A DNA stretch of 64,000 nucleotides from NCBI GenBank assembly GCA_965153285.1, contig OZ229116.1. One strand, 5' to 3'. Each line of letters starts with the position of its first letter. Positions within the stretch are counted from its first letter, which is position 1. This document shows, piece after piece, positions 27,981 to 41,217 of the stretch. The notes under the pieces were generated by a model. It did not search any database, was not told the DNA's origin, and saw nothing but the letters and a program-made list of their open reading frames with translations. The position numbers were made by a program, and so were the translations under genes. The stretch is from Podarcis tiliguerta (lineage: Eukaryota).

Positions 27981-30429
27981 ACCCCCATAATGTTTTTTTG
28001 CATCATATGTGCCAAGAAGACTGTCTACCACTGAGTTAGGCAAGGGCAATCCAGCACTTGAATTTACATTCTTCCCTAGCTCTTCTCTATAGAAAAGTAT
28101 TGTGGCTCCAAGCAACCCCAGCTTTGCATTAAATCAGTATACAAGATATAAAATTTCTTTTTATAAATAACAAAAATGGGGACTATCTTTATGAGCTCTC
28201 ACACACTTATTCAGAAAGAACTGCGCTCCAAATGCCATCTTCTATGACAGTGAATTCCAGTGCTTTCTATTTAAATAAAAATAAAAAACTTTTCTCATCT
28301 GTGTTTCACACCTTGAAAGAAGGAAAAATAGAAGACAACTGCTTTCAACCTGTAGATTTAATCTATTTCGATTTTTTTTCCTTCTGTCGTTATATTTTCC
28401 CCACTAGGTTTGGCTTTGCTTTATAGTTGTTCTATGATTTTGCAAAGCTGTGATAAAGGAAGAATATAGAGGGTTTCAAAGAAAGCAAAACTATTACTGT
28501 TATTAACATTAGCACTTATTTTCACCATGAAAATTCTCACAGAAATGAAGGCCAAATGCTTTTAATAGTAACCAAGGGATACAGGTTCTCAGCTACATTA
28601 AGAGATAGAACAATGACACATATTTAAGCTCTTTGAAGCAACGTGCATAAGACAGAGGCAAGATTTTAAAGTATTTTTTTAAAAAAGAGGTCATGACTAT
28701 GGCAGCATTCTTCTTAAGAACACTTCTCTGAATTTCTGCTAACACACTCACTCTGTGATGTCCTTGTTTAGCACCCAATGTAAGTAATCTGAGGCGGAAA
28801 AGGTGATACAGGGCCAAACTAGCATTGCACGCAGGTTAATTTCCCTAATGCTTTGTTTTAAAAGAAAGCAGCCTCAGGACACTCTAACCGGGAAGCAAGA
28901 AAGCCAACAGCTAGAGATGATGGGTGTAGCAGTTCAGCGGCATATGCTCTGGGGCCACAGAAGTAGAGGAGACAGTGAAACAGGAACTTCAGGCTTACCA
29001 AAAAACCTGGATATGAGGCGATTTAGGAGGATGAGGAAACGCATGGAGGAACCCAGTTCAAACTGTTTCAATGCCAAATCATCAGCTTAGATTGTCATCT
29101 TGATCTACAGTAAAACAACTCTCCCCTGCTCCCCTTCCATAACTGATGATGAATCAAAACAGAGCATAATCTTGATATGTGGTCATACCATCACATCAAG
29201 ACAGGTGTGGCTGGAGGGGTAGTCTTGTGCTATTACAATGCATAATGTAAATTAGCTTGAAATATCAGCCTAGGCACTCTCAGCCTCCAAAATTAGAGAC
29301 AAATTAGATGTCAAAATTACCATGCATCTGGTAAGTTAGCAATTTGTCGTCATCGTCTCTGCTCCATATTTGCTTTATGAGGCAAACACAGGAGGGGAAA
29401 CACCTTTGCTTCCTAGCTCTGCCTTTGGCTAATACCTTTGTGCTTCTGGTTGTTCCTTAATCGTGCAACCTCTCTGCCAGGGATTCTGTGGTGCATGGCA
29501 CAGGCTTGGAACAATAAACATCAGGGCTGGGAAATGGTTGGAACAATAAACATCAGGCAAACTTGTTGCAATGGAGCAGAACTGGCCTCTGTAGCGCCAA
29601 AGCACATGACCAGAACTAGTGGGTGGAAATTGGAGAGAAACAAGATTTTGACAAAATGTCAAAAAACACCCTCACAGTACAAGCAGTTCAACAGCAGAAC
29701 AGACTTGCTCAAGAGGTAATGGGCCCTGCTTCACAGAAGGTGTTTAAACAGATGCTGGACAGCTGCCCATCTGGGAAGGGAAGATAATGAATCCAGCATT
29801 AAGCAGAGGGCTGGACTACATGGCATCCATGGTCCTTTGCAAATCTAAATCTAAGCTTCTAGGGATGGCCGACTGGCAGATCTGGGCACAATTTTAAAGA
29901 AGTGTCCTACAGGGCATTACCAATGGTCCACCCAGTCCAGCACTTTAGCCAGATGCTTCTAGGCATAGGTAGGAAACTCAGGCTTCTTGTGCCACCAGAT
30001 CCCTGCCCAACTTAATCAAAGTATAGCAAAATATTTTCCCAGTTTCATTCATACAGAAAAGAAAAACAGACCAAAATTGGCCACCCCTATTATTAACACT
30101 AACAAGTAGTGACAATGAAGCCGTGACAGTCTCTCTGAAGGACATAGGAACCGTATATCTGAACATCAGCAATAAAGTAAAATCCAAGAAATCAAAACAC
30201 ACATTATCACCCGAAAGGTGAAAATCCACTAAGAGAGGATGGTCTGGAAAGTTCATTTGCATAAAAGTATATCACTAGAATTGCCTTCAACAACATTCTG
30301 AAGAAGGTTTGATTTTTTTTTCCCCAGAGAAAAGCAACAGGCATTTAAAGAAATTTCAGAAGGGAAAGGGCAGCAAGGGAGAGGAAGGAATAAGCAAATA
30401 AATGAGGTAGTTATGTGAGGGAAGAAACC

Positions 30430-30790
30430 TGAACCCTTACATCTCCAGCTTGATCACTGAGATCATCTGCAGGAGCATCACTGGTCCCCCAAGTTGGCAA
30501 GATTCATCTGACAGCAACAAAAACCAAGCCGGCTAATTCCTGTGGAATCCTCTGCCAATAGAGCTTCAGCAGGTGCCTTCTCTTTTAACCTTTAAATGCC
30601 TGCTGAGAAGTTTTCTATGTCAGCAAGCTTATGCAGGCAATTAAGAAAATATATATTCCTGTAATAGTAAATAGACGGTCTCCAAATTTAAATTTTGGCG
30701 TGGTTTTATTGCGTAAAGATACTGTTGTAAACACTTTGCTATTTTTTTTGATATAGCATTATATAAATAGTTTTTATAATTAAATAAATG
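30430..30790 (+). mobile_element. L2 3' tail fragment
   Basis: TGTGGAATCCTCTGCC...TTTAAATGCCTGCTGAGAAG...CAAGCTT pattern ending in AATAAA-rich tail. Confidence 0.5.
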
Positions 30791-33299
30791 CAGCTGGTCC
30801 CAGCCGGGCCAGTGAAGAGGGGCTCACAGTATCATCTCTTTATATGATACAGCCACATTAAAAAGTTGTGGAGTTGACTGAGACACTCTAGAGTTGTATA
30901 TACACCATACATTACACATTGTTTTCTTCTCAAGAATCCTGGGAACTCTAGTTCATTCCTCAAATTCCCATGACCCTACAGTCCCCAGGATTTGGAGGGG
31001 CCGGATAATGTGCTTTAAATGTGTGTTTACAACCCAGGACTAGAGGAGCCAATTAGCTGCTGGTCTTACCCAGACTCATGGAAAGAGTCTCTGTATATCA
31101 CCTGTACCTATAATGTACCCTGATGATGTACTCAATTTCTTAAGATTATGCTTAATTGAAACAAACTACACCAACATAACGCAACCATGAACTGAAAGTT
31201 GTGTCTATATATCCTCCTGTATTTTTGGGGGGGGGAAGGAGTTCAGCTCAACTATTTTCAGAAAGGTGCTATATGAGCAATGAACATCCATTAGGGTTCT
31301 TAATTAGCATCTCCCATCTCTCCTGCAAACTGATGCCTACTATTTATAGTCACTTCATCACATTTTAGTATAGTATAGCAGCCCTGAAACTAGTACAAAA
31401 GGTGTATGCACAGATCACATGCATTCATGGCTTTTTCACTGCATTATGTATAGTATGAAACTGTGATTGGTCACAGCGATCTACTGGCACACAAAGCTAC
31501 ATAAAGAGATGGAAAACTCTTATGTGCTATGGTCTACATGCTGCAGTTTGACACTAATTCTAATATGAAAGGCAACTCCATGTAGCTACTTGTGAAATTG
31601 AAAGGGCCCTAAAACCACCTCCAATTTAATAAATGAAGAGTTATAATTTATCCAGAAAGCCCGACAGCTCAGTAAGTGACCAATACTTTTGTACGAAGTG
31701 TATCAGTTGTACTTTGCCCTAGGGAAACAATTCAAAACACCTGCCAGCTAAGTGCTGTAAGATACTTAAAAAACAAACAAACCTCTTTCCCATGAGTAGC
31801 TTTATGAATTTGAGAGCGAAGTAATTGCTAGAAGCATGCTTTGACAAGAACAGGGTGGGGAATGAAAACTTCAAAAGGTTCTCTGTTTACTAAACCTATC
31901 CCAGCATATTTGCAAAGTTACATAAAGGGAGCATACATTAAATTGCCATGTCCAACAACGTATGAATCTAAATGAACTTCTAGATAGCTGGCCAGCTAGA
32001 AGGATTTTTCTTATGCCTAGCTTGGTATTCTGATTCTGCTCCACATATTTCACTCTCAGGCCTTTCTCGCCTAGTCTACTGGAGCCATGGTTCCCAACCT
32101 GTGGGCCGCAGACCCCCAGGGACCACGGTTACCCCAATGGGTCCACAAGTAATGTTCCTCTAACCAGCGTTGATTTCCTCAGCCTCCCTCCTCTTTGCAG
32201 TGGCATCTCCACATGTGATACATTGTCGCTGAAGAGCTCGCACCCCATGGAAAGTGAAGGAACGTGAATCAGCTGCTTTGGCCTGTAAGCTTCCTTGCTT
32301 TCCTTCCTTAGTGCTTGGTGTATTTAGAAGAGCCCAACAGCAAGGCATAGGGACACATTAGTTTTCTTTATTTGCCTTCCCAGCTTTGTCTGCAGAGACT
32401 CATTGTGCCAGAGTTTCTTGGTCTTCTACATATAGGACTTATTGATGGGCCCTTAATTTGATTTTAACAGGCTCCATGCAGTGGACCATTAGCAGGATTT
32501 CTGCATCCTAATTCATAATTGCATTCAGATTCCTTAGGTTTAGCATTATTGGAGGTGGTTTATAGTGCTTTGTTGAGATAAATTCTGTGGATTGGGGTTG
32601 CCCAATTATGTTGTGTGTGTTCTTGTCATTTGGTGTGCAGAACTTTTGGAGCTGGCTGTTGTTCTGAACAGCATTTGTTGCTCACGCTTGCTGGCTTATA
32701 AAGATAAATAAATACAAATAAATATAAATAAAAACTGCAAACAAGTTAACTGTATACATAAAAAGCTTTACTTTTAGGGATTAGGGATTTCATTGAAGTC
32801 TGCAACTGGTAACGCTGATTTCTATACATAAGAATATATTACACTAGTAGGAATTAAAGTTTTCATTTTAATTCTGTTAGGGAATACATCATCTGAGTTT
32901 ACTTGGGGGTGGGAATCAATTTGTATTTAGTTCAATTTGATTGGCTGGGTTGTTGATCATTGGGTATACTGGGGAAACCAATGAATGAATTCTTTATTAT
33001 AAACAAATTCATCTTCCATACCTTTTTGAATCCATCAATTGGGTTGATGCATCTGGGGGAAATGAACGAATTTACATTTATGAATGAATATGCTACCTAT
33101 TTAAATACCTTTCGGAATCCATTACTTGAACTGTTGATCGATGGGGGGAATAAGTAAGCAAATAAACACCAGGGGAATAAGGAAAACGAATTTCTGCTGC
33201 TTCCATTGATTTTGACACGTTTGCAAATTCATCAGAAAAAGGGTACTTTTTTGCAATTCTGTGTTTTCTCAGATAAAGGGGGGGGGGCTTGCCTATTTT

Positions 33300-34400
33300 T
33301 TTGAGGGTTTTTCGTGTAACTTACATCTCGGTAAACGTGCATAGGAAGAACCGATGGCGCCCGCAGCCCATCTTTCTTCCCTGGAGGAAGATAAGGACTC
33401 GTGAGAGATTTCCTCATTCGGGTGGTGAACCGGACCAAGCCCTTCTCCGCCTCAGCAGGGCTGACCGTCGCCATCCCCACCCACCGCAGCCCCTACTTTG
33501 CCCCAGGGGGGTTCCTCTTCTTCTTCTTCTTCTCCCCCAAGCGAGCTTATCCTCTCGGGGCAACACGGCTCCCCACAGCGCTGCCCGCCCGCCAACCCTT
33601 TTCTCCCACCTGGTGAAGGCGAAGGCCATGAGGCTGAGGATGGTGAAGCTGAGCAGGGTGATGGTGTGCGGCCGGTAGAAGAACTCCAGCGTGATGTCCT
33701 CCACTTGCTGCTCGTTGATCATGCGGAAGTGAAGCCGGTAGTTCACGTCGTCCTTGCTGAGGGTCCGGCTGCCCATGTACGACGCCATCGCCTCGCCGAC
33801 CGGCGGCCGCCTCCGCCTCTTCCTCCGCCTCCTCCTCGCCTCGCCGGCGGCCACCGCGGGGGCGCCCCGCTCCCGCCGCCTCAGCCCGACCGCGGCCGAA
33901 GGAGCCGGCGCGGGGTGGAAAGACGGCAGGGAGCGCGCTGGGCGGCTGGCCAGGCTGCTGCAGCGGCGCCGCGGCGGCCCCAGGAGGGGACGCGGGGGGA
34001 GAGGAGGCGCGACGGAGGGACGGGCCTTGCTGGGCCGCCGCAGGCCGCGGGGAGGAGCCGGCTGGGGAGCCTCGCCTCCTTCCCGCGCGTCAGAGGCCTT
34101 CGCCCGAGCGGGAAGCGCGACCGCCGCAGCGAGTCTGGGGCAGGCGAGGGCCTGCATGGCTGAGGCGAGCCGGGGACTTTCCTAACAGGGGCGGGACGCC
34201 AGGTAAACGCCTCGCTTAGGTCTCGATACGGAGAAGGCTTTGTCAGAGCCGGGCCTCGGGGAGGGCGAGGGGCTGGACCCTGCGGACTCGGCACCGGTGC
34301 GAGTTCATCTTCCCCTCGAGGAATCCCCTTTGGAACGGCGGCTTCTATTGTTGCGTCCCCGAAGGGCCTCTTGATTCGGTTCATCTCGATTCGGTTCTCT
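33300..34400. promoter_or_regulatory. CpG island / bidirectional promoter shared by PTDSS1 and MTERF3
   Basis: Very GC- and CpG-rich; divergent genes; GC box GGGGCGGG at 34188-34195; GGGACTTTCC at 34173-34182; candidate MTERF3 non-coding exon 1 donor CAG|GTAAAC at 34202/34203. Confidence 0.85.
33610..33788 (-). CDS. PTDSS1: Phosphatidylserine synthase 1, coding exon 1 (179 nt)
   Basis: Translates to [59 protein letters not shown](R), the recognisable PSS1 N-terminus; donor AG|GTGGGA; lies in CpG island. Confidence 0.97.
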
Positions 34401-34622
34401 GCCCCAATCAGTTTGCATGCTTTGCTCGGAAGACCCGGTTCAGTGGGGTTTGCAACCAGAAACGTGGGGAGCTGCCCTGTACAGAGTCAGGCTGCTGGGT
34501 CCATTTAGCTCAGTATTGTCTACACCAGCCTTTCTCAACTTTGGGTTCCCAGAGGTGGTTGGACTGCAACTCCTATCATCCCCTAGCCAGCAGGACCTAG
34601 GGTCAGGGATGATGGGAATGGT

Positions 34623-34764
34623 ATCAAGGAATTGCAGAGCTGGAAGGGACCTTGAGGGTCATCTTGTCCATCCACACACCTGCAATGCAGGAATGTTTCT
34701 CCTAGCCCGAAACTCGAACCCACCACCCTGAGACTGAGTCTCATGCTCTACCAATTGAGCTATC
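34623..34764 (-). mobile_element. tRNA-Lys/CR1-tail SINE
   Basis: Homologous to 42866-43012. Confidence 0.7.
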
Positions 34765-36777
34765 ATATGATACAGCTTTTTGAGAAGGTTTTTTTTATGT
34801 TTGATGCTTTATTATGGTTTATATATTCTGTAAGCCTCCCAGAGTGGCTGGGGAAACCCAGCCAGATGGACAGGGTATAAATAATAAAATTGTAGTTGTT
34901 TTTGTTGTTGCAATTTAGTTGGCATCCAGCTGTCTTGAGAGACAATGGAAGAGTGTGCCATCAGGGTAAAGTCAAACAGTTTGAGAGTTACAGTGCCAGA
35001 CCAGTATGGGAGAGACATATTTTATTGCAGCTTGGGCAGATGAAGGCTTCCGGTTTCAAATACACCATGGGGTTTCTTCTCTCTGCACTCCTCCCAGCAG
35101 TCATTTCTCCTTTGGTCACTGCTGTGGACATGTAGTCCACCTATCTGTTTCTAGGCACTGTGGTCATCTGCATGAGATAATAGTCCCAACAATATCTGGG
35201 GACTCAGTGTTGAGAGCAGCTGGTCTACACTCTCCCAGCTCCCCCTGGAGAATGCAGGGGATTGAATTTAGGGCCTTTTGCATGCAAGGTTCTACCATTG
35301 AGCTAAGGCCCTTCTCCAGATAAACTGCATAAGGCTATGTAGCCGTGTGCTGGGAGAATGAAGGTAGGATCCTGTGCACACTGCCTTGAGAGCAAGGGCC
35401 ATTGAACACAACAGGATATGTGTAGCCCAATTCTGTCCATATTTACATAGAAGTTAGAGCTGCAATTCTGACGCAAGCAGTTAGCTACGTAGATTAGTTG
35501 TGCCCCTCTTTGGGACCCCAAGAGTCACTTACAGCAGTTTAAGAAAAGATACTCAAATTAATATCACAACCAAATCTAGGGATTTTTTTCAGACAGCATT
35601 TTCCATGTTCTTCCCTGATACCATACCAGGGAGCAGCTCTTGGCAAAATCCTGGTGCAACTTTTCCAGTCATCTCCAGCCAGTTTAACCATGGGGGGGGG
35701 GGTGATGGGAGTTATACCCCCACAATACTTGCAAATCCAAGGTTGTGGAGTGGGGCTGTGCAGATAGGACTTACCGGTATGATGGAAGCAGTCTTCTCTT
35801 TTTGGCAGTCCCCAGGCAGAAAGTCATCTTAGCCAGCCAGCCTAAATGCACCAGAGTTCATAATTTATTTGTGGCACATAAACAAGCCAGAGAGAGTGTG
35901 TGTCTGTGTCCTTGCTTGACTACTGAAATCAATTCTTACTCCCCACGGGGAGATATACAAACCTGAAATAATGCTAAATGGTGGTATTTTAAGCTAACAT
36001 TTTCTTCTGTTTTATGTTCTGTGGTATAGCAGTGTTCCAGGGGTTCTGTGCGGGGAGGTTTGGGCAAGTTCTAAAGGCACTCATGTCCTCAGTGGGCACT
36101 TTTTCTTGAATGGATCCATGTCCTCCTGCCAGTATCCGTTTGCTTGCCACTGCCTCCCACCCACTTTGGAGCTGATCTGTATCACTACCCAGAGGAATGG
36201 AGGTCGAGTGAGTGGAGGCTGCTATTGCTATTCCTTTTCCTTCCTATTGTTGCTGAGAAAGGACAGGGAAATGGGTAGTGACAGCAAGTAGCTGGATAGA
36301 GTAGCACAGCCAGGAGGCTCCAGAATTGGCATTGGGACCCCTGCTGCTGTGTAGGACTCAGAGATTGTTGGAGTATTCCAAAAACATCTTCAAGAAAGTA
36401 TTGCTACTCTACACTTATGCAGCATGACAGTAATATTATATTGTTTTATATCAGCTTTCTCTAGCTTGATATGTTGCAGATGTTTTAGACTACATCTCCC
36501 ATCAGTCACAGGCAGTATGACTAATGCTTAGGGATGATGGAACTCGTAGTCCAACATCTGGAGGGCAGTAGTTTGGGGATGGATGCTTTAGACCTTTGCT
36601 ATATGGTAGACATAGTGAAATAATACTTTTGCAAAATGGTACTGAATGCACTTCAGTTCTGCTTAAATTTTAACCAAATTCATTAATTGTTCCTGTGTAA
36701 ACTTTTGTGCATACAAAATTGGTTTGAATGTTCCCTTGACCATTTTCTTTCTCAATTTTGGCAGAATATTGACTAAG

Positions 36778-37105
36778 ATGGCTTCATTGACTCGACAGAT
36801 ATCCAGATGTTGCCTCTTGCTAAAGAAAAACAGTGTTGTGAATAGTGCAAAACAGCAAAGAAAACAAACTGTCAAAACATGGACACTTCCTCTTCAACAA
36901 TCCGGATTGCCATTGTTTTGTCCTTACAGATACTCATGCCAACTAGTGTTAAAGAACTCTAAGACTGTACTTTTTGATAACCATGTACGATTCTGTAGTT
37001 CAAGCACTGAACTGAATCAGAGTCCAGATAATAATTCATCCTTAGTTAACAGACCAGAAACTGAAATAATATCCAGTTCATATACCGAAGCATTGCTTGA
37101 AGAAG
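36778..37105 (+). CDS. MTERF3: Mitochondrial transcription termination factor 3, first coding exon (328 coding nt; acceptor at 36764)
   Basis: MASLTRQISRCCLLLKK..., a basic presequence-like N-terminus; donor G|GTATG phase 1 joins next exon in frame. Confidence 0.88.
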
Positions 37106-38077
37106 GTATGTAACGAATAAAATAAGAATGAAAGTTGTGACCCTCCTAACACCATATCTAAAATTTAGATTTTCATTTCTTGAGCATCGCTTGCTTGCTT
37201 GTAAAGAGGCTTGGAATTATTGGATTGCGTTTCCAAATTGTTTGTCAGTGAACTCTTTAATGGCTCAGTTTTTTGTGCACTACTGGGAGTTAAGCCATGG
37301 TTTGGCTTGGATTTGCATCCAAATCCTGGTTTATGGCTTATGGCCTGTTTGGAGAGAGACAAACCATGAGCCCAGGTTTGAAATGTAATGCTAAGCCAAC
37401 CATGGCTTAGGTCATGCCAGCACAACAAGAGAACAGTGAAGTCCCTGTGATTTTTGTCCCTTGCCCACCAGCATTCTAAATGTTCAGCTTTAAATTATAG
37501 TCTGCTATCCTTCTAGAATCAGGGATGGGAGGGGGTGGAATTTGATTCAATTCACATTTAGGTGAACATAATTAATTTGTACTTTCTGAGACAATACATG
37601 AACCCAAACACCTCTAAATTTTGAAATGCAGTTCTCCTGTCAAATAATGTGTACAGAAGTGCATATTCTAGGGCAAAGTGTGTATAAATGCTTATATAGG
37701 AGAAAATAATGTTATATTAGGCAGAATTCCTTTGCAGAAACATGTATAATTAGGCATAATTGTACATAACAATGTGTATTATCATGAGGACTTTTTTTTT
37801 AAAAAAAGTAAACTGATATAGAAATACAGGGGACTTAATTTAAGATTGGAAAATGAGAAACTGAGAGAAATTAAGAATGGCAGATACAGCCATCCCTGTT
37901 TGGAATACATAGGATAGGACTCCTCAATAACTATGCATTGTCTGCCTCCAGGGCTCCACCTGCTGTTGTTATTCTTCTGTTGCTTTGAACAGTAATATCC
38001 CAGTTGCTGTTGAAAGTCAGACAAACAGGAACAATGGGATCAGTGAACACTTGTGAATTGTCCACAATAATGAAATA

Positions 38078-38435
38078 CAGTGGTGCCTCGCAAGACGAAA
38101 TTAATCCGTTCCGCGAGTCTCTTCGTCTAGCAGTTTTTTCGTCTTGCGAAGCAACCCTATTAGCGGATTAGCACTATTAGCGGTTTAGTGGCTATTAGCG
38201 GCTATTAAAGGCTTAAGGGATTAGCGGATTAGCTGCTAAAAGGCTATTAGCGTCTTAGCGGCTTAGAAAAAGGGGGTGGGGAGCGAAAAAAAATCTCAAT
38301 ACTCGCAAGACATTTTCGTCTTGCGAAGCAAGCCCATAGGGAAATTCGTCCTGCGAAACACCTCAGAAAACGGAAAACCCTTTCGTCTGGCGGGTTTTCC
38401 GTCTTGCGAGGCATTCGTCTTGCGGGGCACCACTG
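38078..38435. mobile_element. MITE family A copy 3
   Basis: Same TIRs and TA TSD; highly similar to copy 2. Confidence 0.9.
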
Positions 38436-38698
38436 TAATGTGACAGTAACTTATCCCATTCCCAGTTCAGTGTCTATTTTCTGTCCTTATGCTCATTTTT
38501 TCTGCATAGCAGAAGATCTCACTGTCACAAAGCTGATGATCATTCTGCTTCTAAATTTAAATTGTGCCATTTTCCTTCCCTGAATTAGTGGAATTATATT
38601 CCCCCTGGCCTCTGTGAAGGTAAACGCCGCACACAGGGAGAGAGAAAATGTTATATATGTTGTTTTCTCAATGGTTCTTTTTCCTTAATGACCTTCAG

Positions 38699-38851
38699 GA
38701 TTAGAAGACACTTTGCCTTCATCCCCTTTGGAGGAAGTTTCGCAAGATGAGGCTCTTCAGATCAGGGCTGAGCCACCACTTCCTTTTGAATCGTTCACGC
38801 TTCAAGATTATGTCGATCATTCAGAAACACTGCGGAAGCTGGTACTTTTAG
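38699..38851 (+). CDS. MTERF3: MTERF3 coding exon 2 (153 nt)
   Basis: [50 protein letters not shown](G); TTCAG/GTAAGC. Confidence 0.96.
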
Positions 38852-39811
38852 GTAAGCATAGCTGCACCGGGCAGGTTCATCAAGATATGCTAAAGACTCT
38901 TCAGCCTTCTCTTCCTGTATCATGATGCTGTGCATACAAAGTCATTATTTGCTTTTGATACAGTAAAATGGCAAAAAATGGTTTTGCATGCACAGCATGA
39001 TAGCAGCAGAATGTATAGAGCAGAGGTAGCCGTGCCCTTCAGATGTTGAACCTGCAGCTCCCATCATCCCTGACCGTAGTGCTTGGGCAGTTGTGGTCCA
39101 AGCACCATGTTGGCTATCCCTGTATTCAAAAATATAGACCACAAAGCAAGAAGGGCATAGCGAGGGCAGGAAAATGCAAAGCACTGCAAAAGCATCTTTC
39201 ACGTTTTTCAAGGGCAGGAAGCAGGTCGGTGTGAACTGTGAGGAATCGGTGAAAAATGAGAACTTGCTTAGAACGGCTTCATTTTAGCTACGTGGACCGT
39301 AAGATTTGCAGCTTCAGGTTTGCAAAAGTACTATGTTGAATTGCAAGATGCCTATGGCAGCATTTTTCTGAATGGCTTCATCTGGAACAGGGTTGAGAAA
39401 TGCATGGCTCTCCAGGCGGGGACTCCAAATCCCATCAGCTCCAGCCAGCATGGCCAGTAGTCGAGAATGATGGAAATTATAGTCCAACAACATATGGAGA
39501 GCCACAGAGAATTGTTCTAGAGAGTGAAACCAACCCATTCAATCAGTCCACAATTATATGATTGTTTGTTGCAGATTTTAAAACCCCAGTAAGTAAAAAC
39601 CTGAGGGCAGCCTTTGAGTCCATTCTGCCATTATCCTCAGTAGTACATAGCTGCTGTATCATAGCTCCTTTTGGCAGCACTAGATAACATTGCTACATAC
39701 CATAAAAAAGCATTAAATACGCTTTGCGTGAACTTATACATTCTTACACTATTAGAAATCCAGAATTTTTCATTAAGCATCCCACTAAATTTATGTTTGA
39801 ATGTGCTACAG

Positions 39812-40001
39812 GAGTTGATTTGTCCAAAGTGGAAAAACGTTCAGCTGCAGGCCAGCTACTTCTCAAGTTGGACTTTGAAAAAGATATAAAAAACATCATC
39901 CTGTTTCTCAAGGATGTTGGCTTGGAAGATAAGCAGCTTGGGCCATTTATCACAAGAAATCCCTATATTTTCAGAGAAGAAGTGGAAGATCTAAAGACAA
40001 G
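39812..40001 (+). CDS. MTERF3: MTERF3 coding exon 3 (190 nt)
   Basis: [62 protein letters not shown](R), mTERF repeat. Confidence 0.96.
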
Positions 40002-40851
40002 GTAAAATGACTTCTGTATTCATCAATCTGTTATCTTGTTCTCTCTCATCTATCTATCATCGCTCATCTATCCACATGCCTGAAATATTCATATATTTAA
40101 TGTGTGTATGCCTGAAATATGTTACTTTGCTTTAGGGATTTTGTACAGTCTGCTTAAGCTGTCCTTCTCACTCAAATGTTGTAGTAGGGGAAGGATAGCT
40201 GGTGATCCTATTCCACAATTTCAAGTGTTCAGCATCAGCAGATTCTGATTATGCTATCCAGAAGGTGGTCAGACTCTGTTATTGAAAATGATTATTTCCA
40301 AATGGAGTCCCAAAATGAGCAAACCTTTTTCATACATAGGTTTTGCTTTCATTGGGACATTTTCTGAAGCTGGGCGTGGGAGATACTTGGTCTGTTTTCA
40401 ACAGAAATAGCAAAGTATTTAGAATCATAACTGCAGAATTTTGTTCCAGACATTCTTCTGAACATGGCAGTTGTCAGAACAGTTTAGCTTTATGTAGACA
40501 CCAGCTAAGCTAAAGGACAGCTTTCTCAAGTAAGGAGGGTTAGAATTACTCCTGTGTCGTAAACATGAACCTAGGTGTAGGGGCAGCTACACAAAAAATA
40601 GTGTTGTGGGAGTGGAATTAAAATTCAAACATTCTTTGTCACTGGAATTATTCCTAGAGGCTGTTGGGCAGGGTGGAGTTGTATAAAATAAATGGGGAAA
40701 GTAGGAAGTTGGTTAGAAATGCATTTCTCCTGTCTCACCCTTCCTCTTGAAGGCTTGTTATTAATTGACAGTTCTGGTTGAAAGACACCCACACGGTTCA
40801 CTCTGATGAACAGAAGATTTCAGCCTATTAAGGCAGCACATCCTAAACATA

Positions 40852-41217
40852 GGTAAAGGTAAAGGGACCCCTGACTGTTAAGTCCAGTCGCGGACAACTC
40901 TGGAGTTGCGGCGCTCATCTCGCTTTACAGGCCGATAGAGCCGGTGTTTGTCCGCAGACAGCTTCCGGGTCGTGTGGCCAGCATGACTAAGCCACTTCTG
41001 GCAAACTAGAGCAGCGCACGGAAACGCCGTTTACCTTCCCACCGGATTGGTACCTATTTATCTACTTGCACTTTGATGTGCTTTTGAACTGCTAGGTTGG
41101 CAGGAGCTGGAACCGAGCAACAGGAGCTCACCCCATCGCGGGGATTCGAACCACCAACCTTCTGTTCAGCAAGCCCTAGGCTCTGTGGTTTAGACCACAG
41201 TGCCACCTGCGTCCTTT
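40852..41217 (-). mobile_element. Sauria SINE, full length
   Basis: 13-bp TSD CATCCTAAACATA at 40839-40851 and 41218-41230. Confidence 0.92.

Noticed and set aside
33289-34384. Long ORFs (129-221 aa) on both strands of the CpG island
   Set aside because: Low-complexity Pro/Arg/Gly/Ala products expected from stop-poor GC-rich DNA; only the PTDSS1 frame is recognisable
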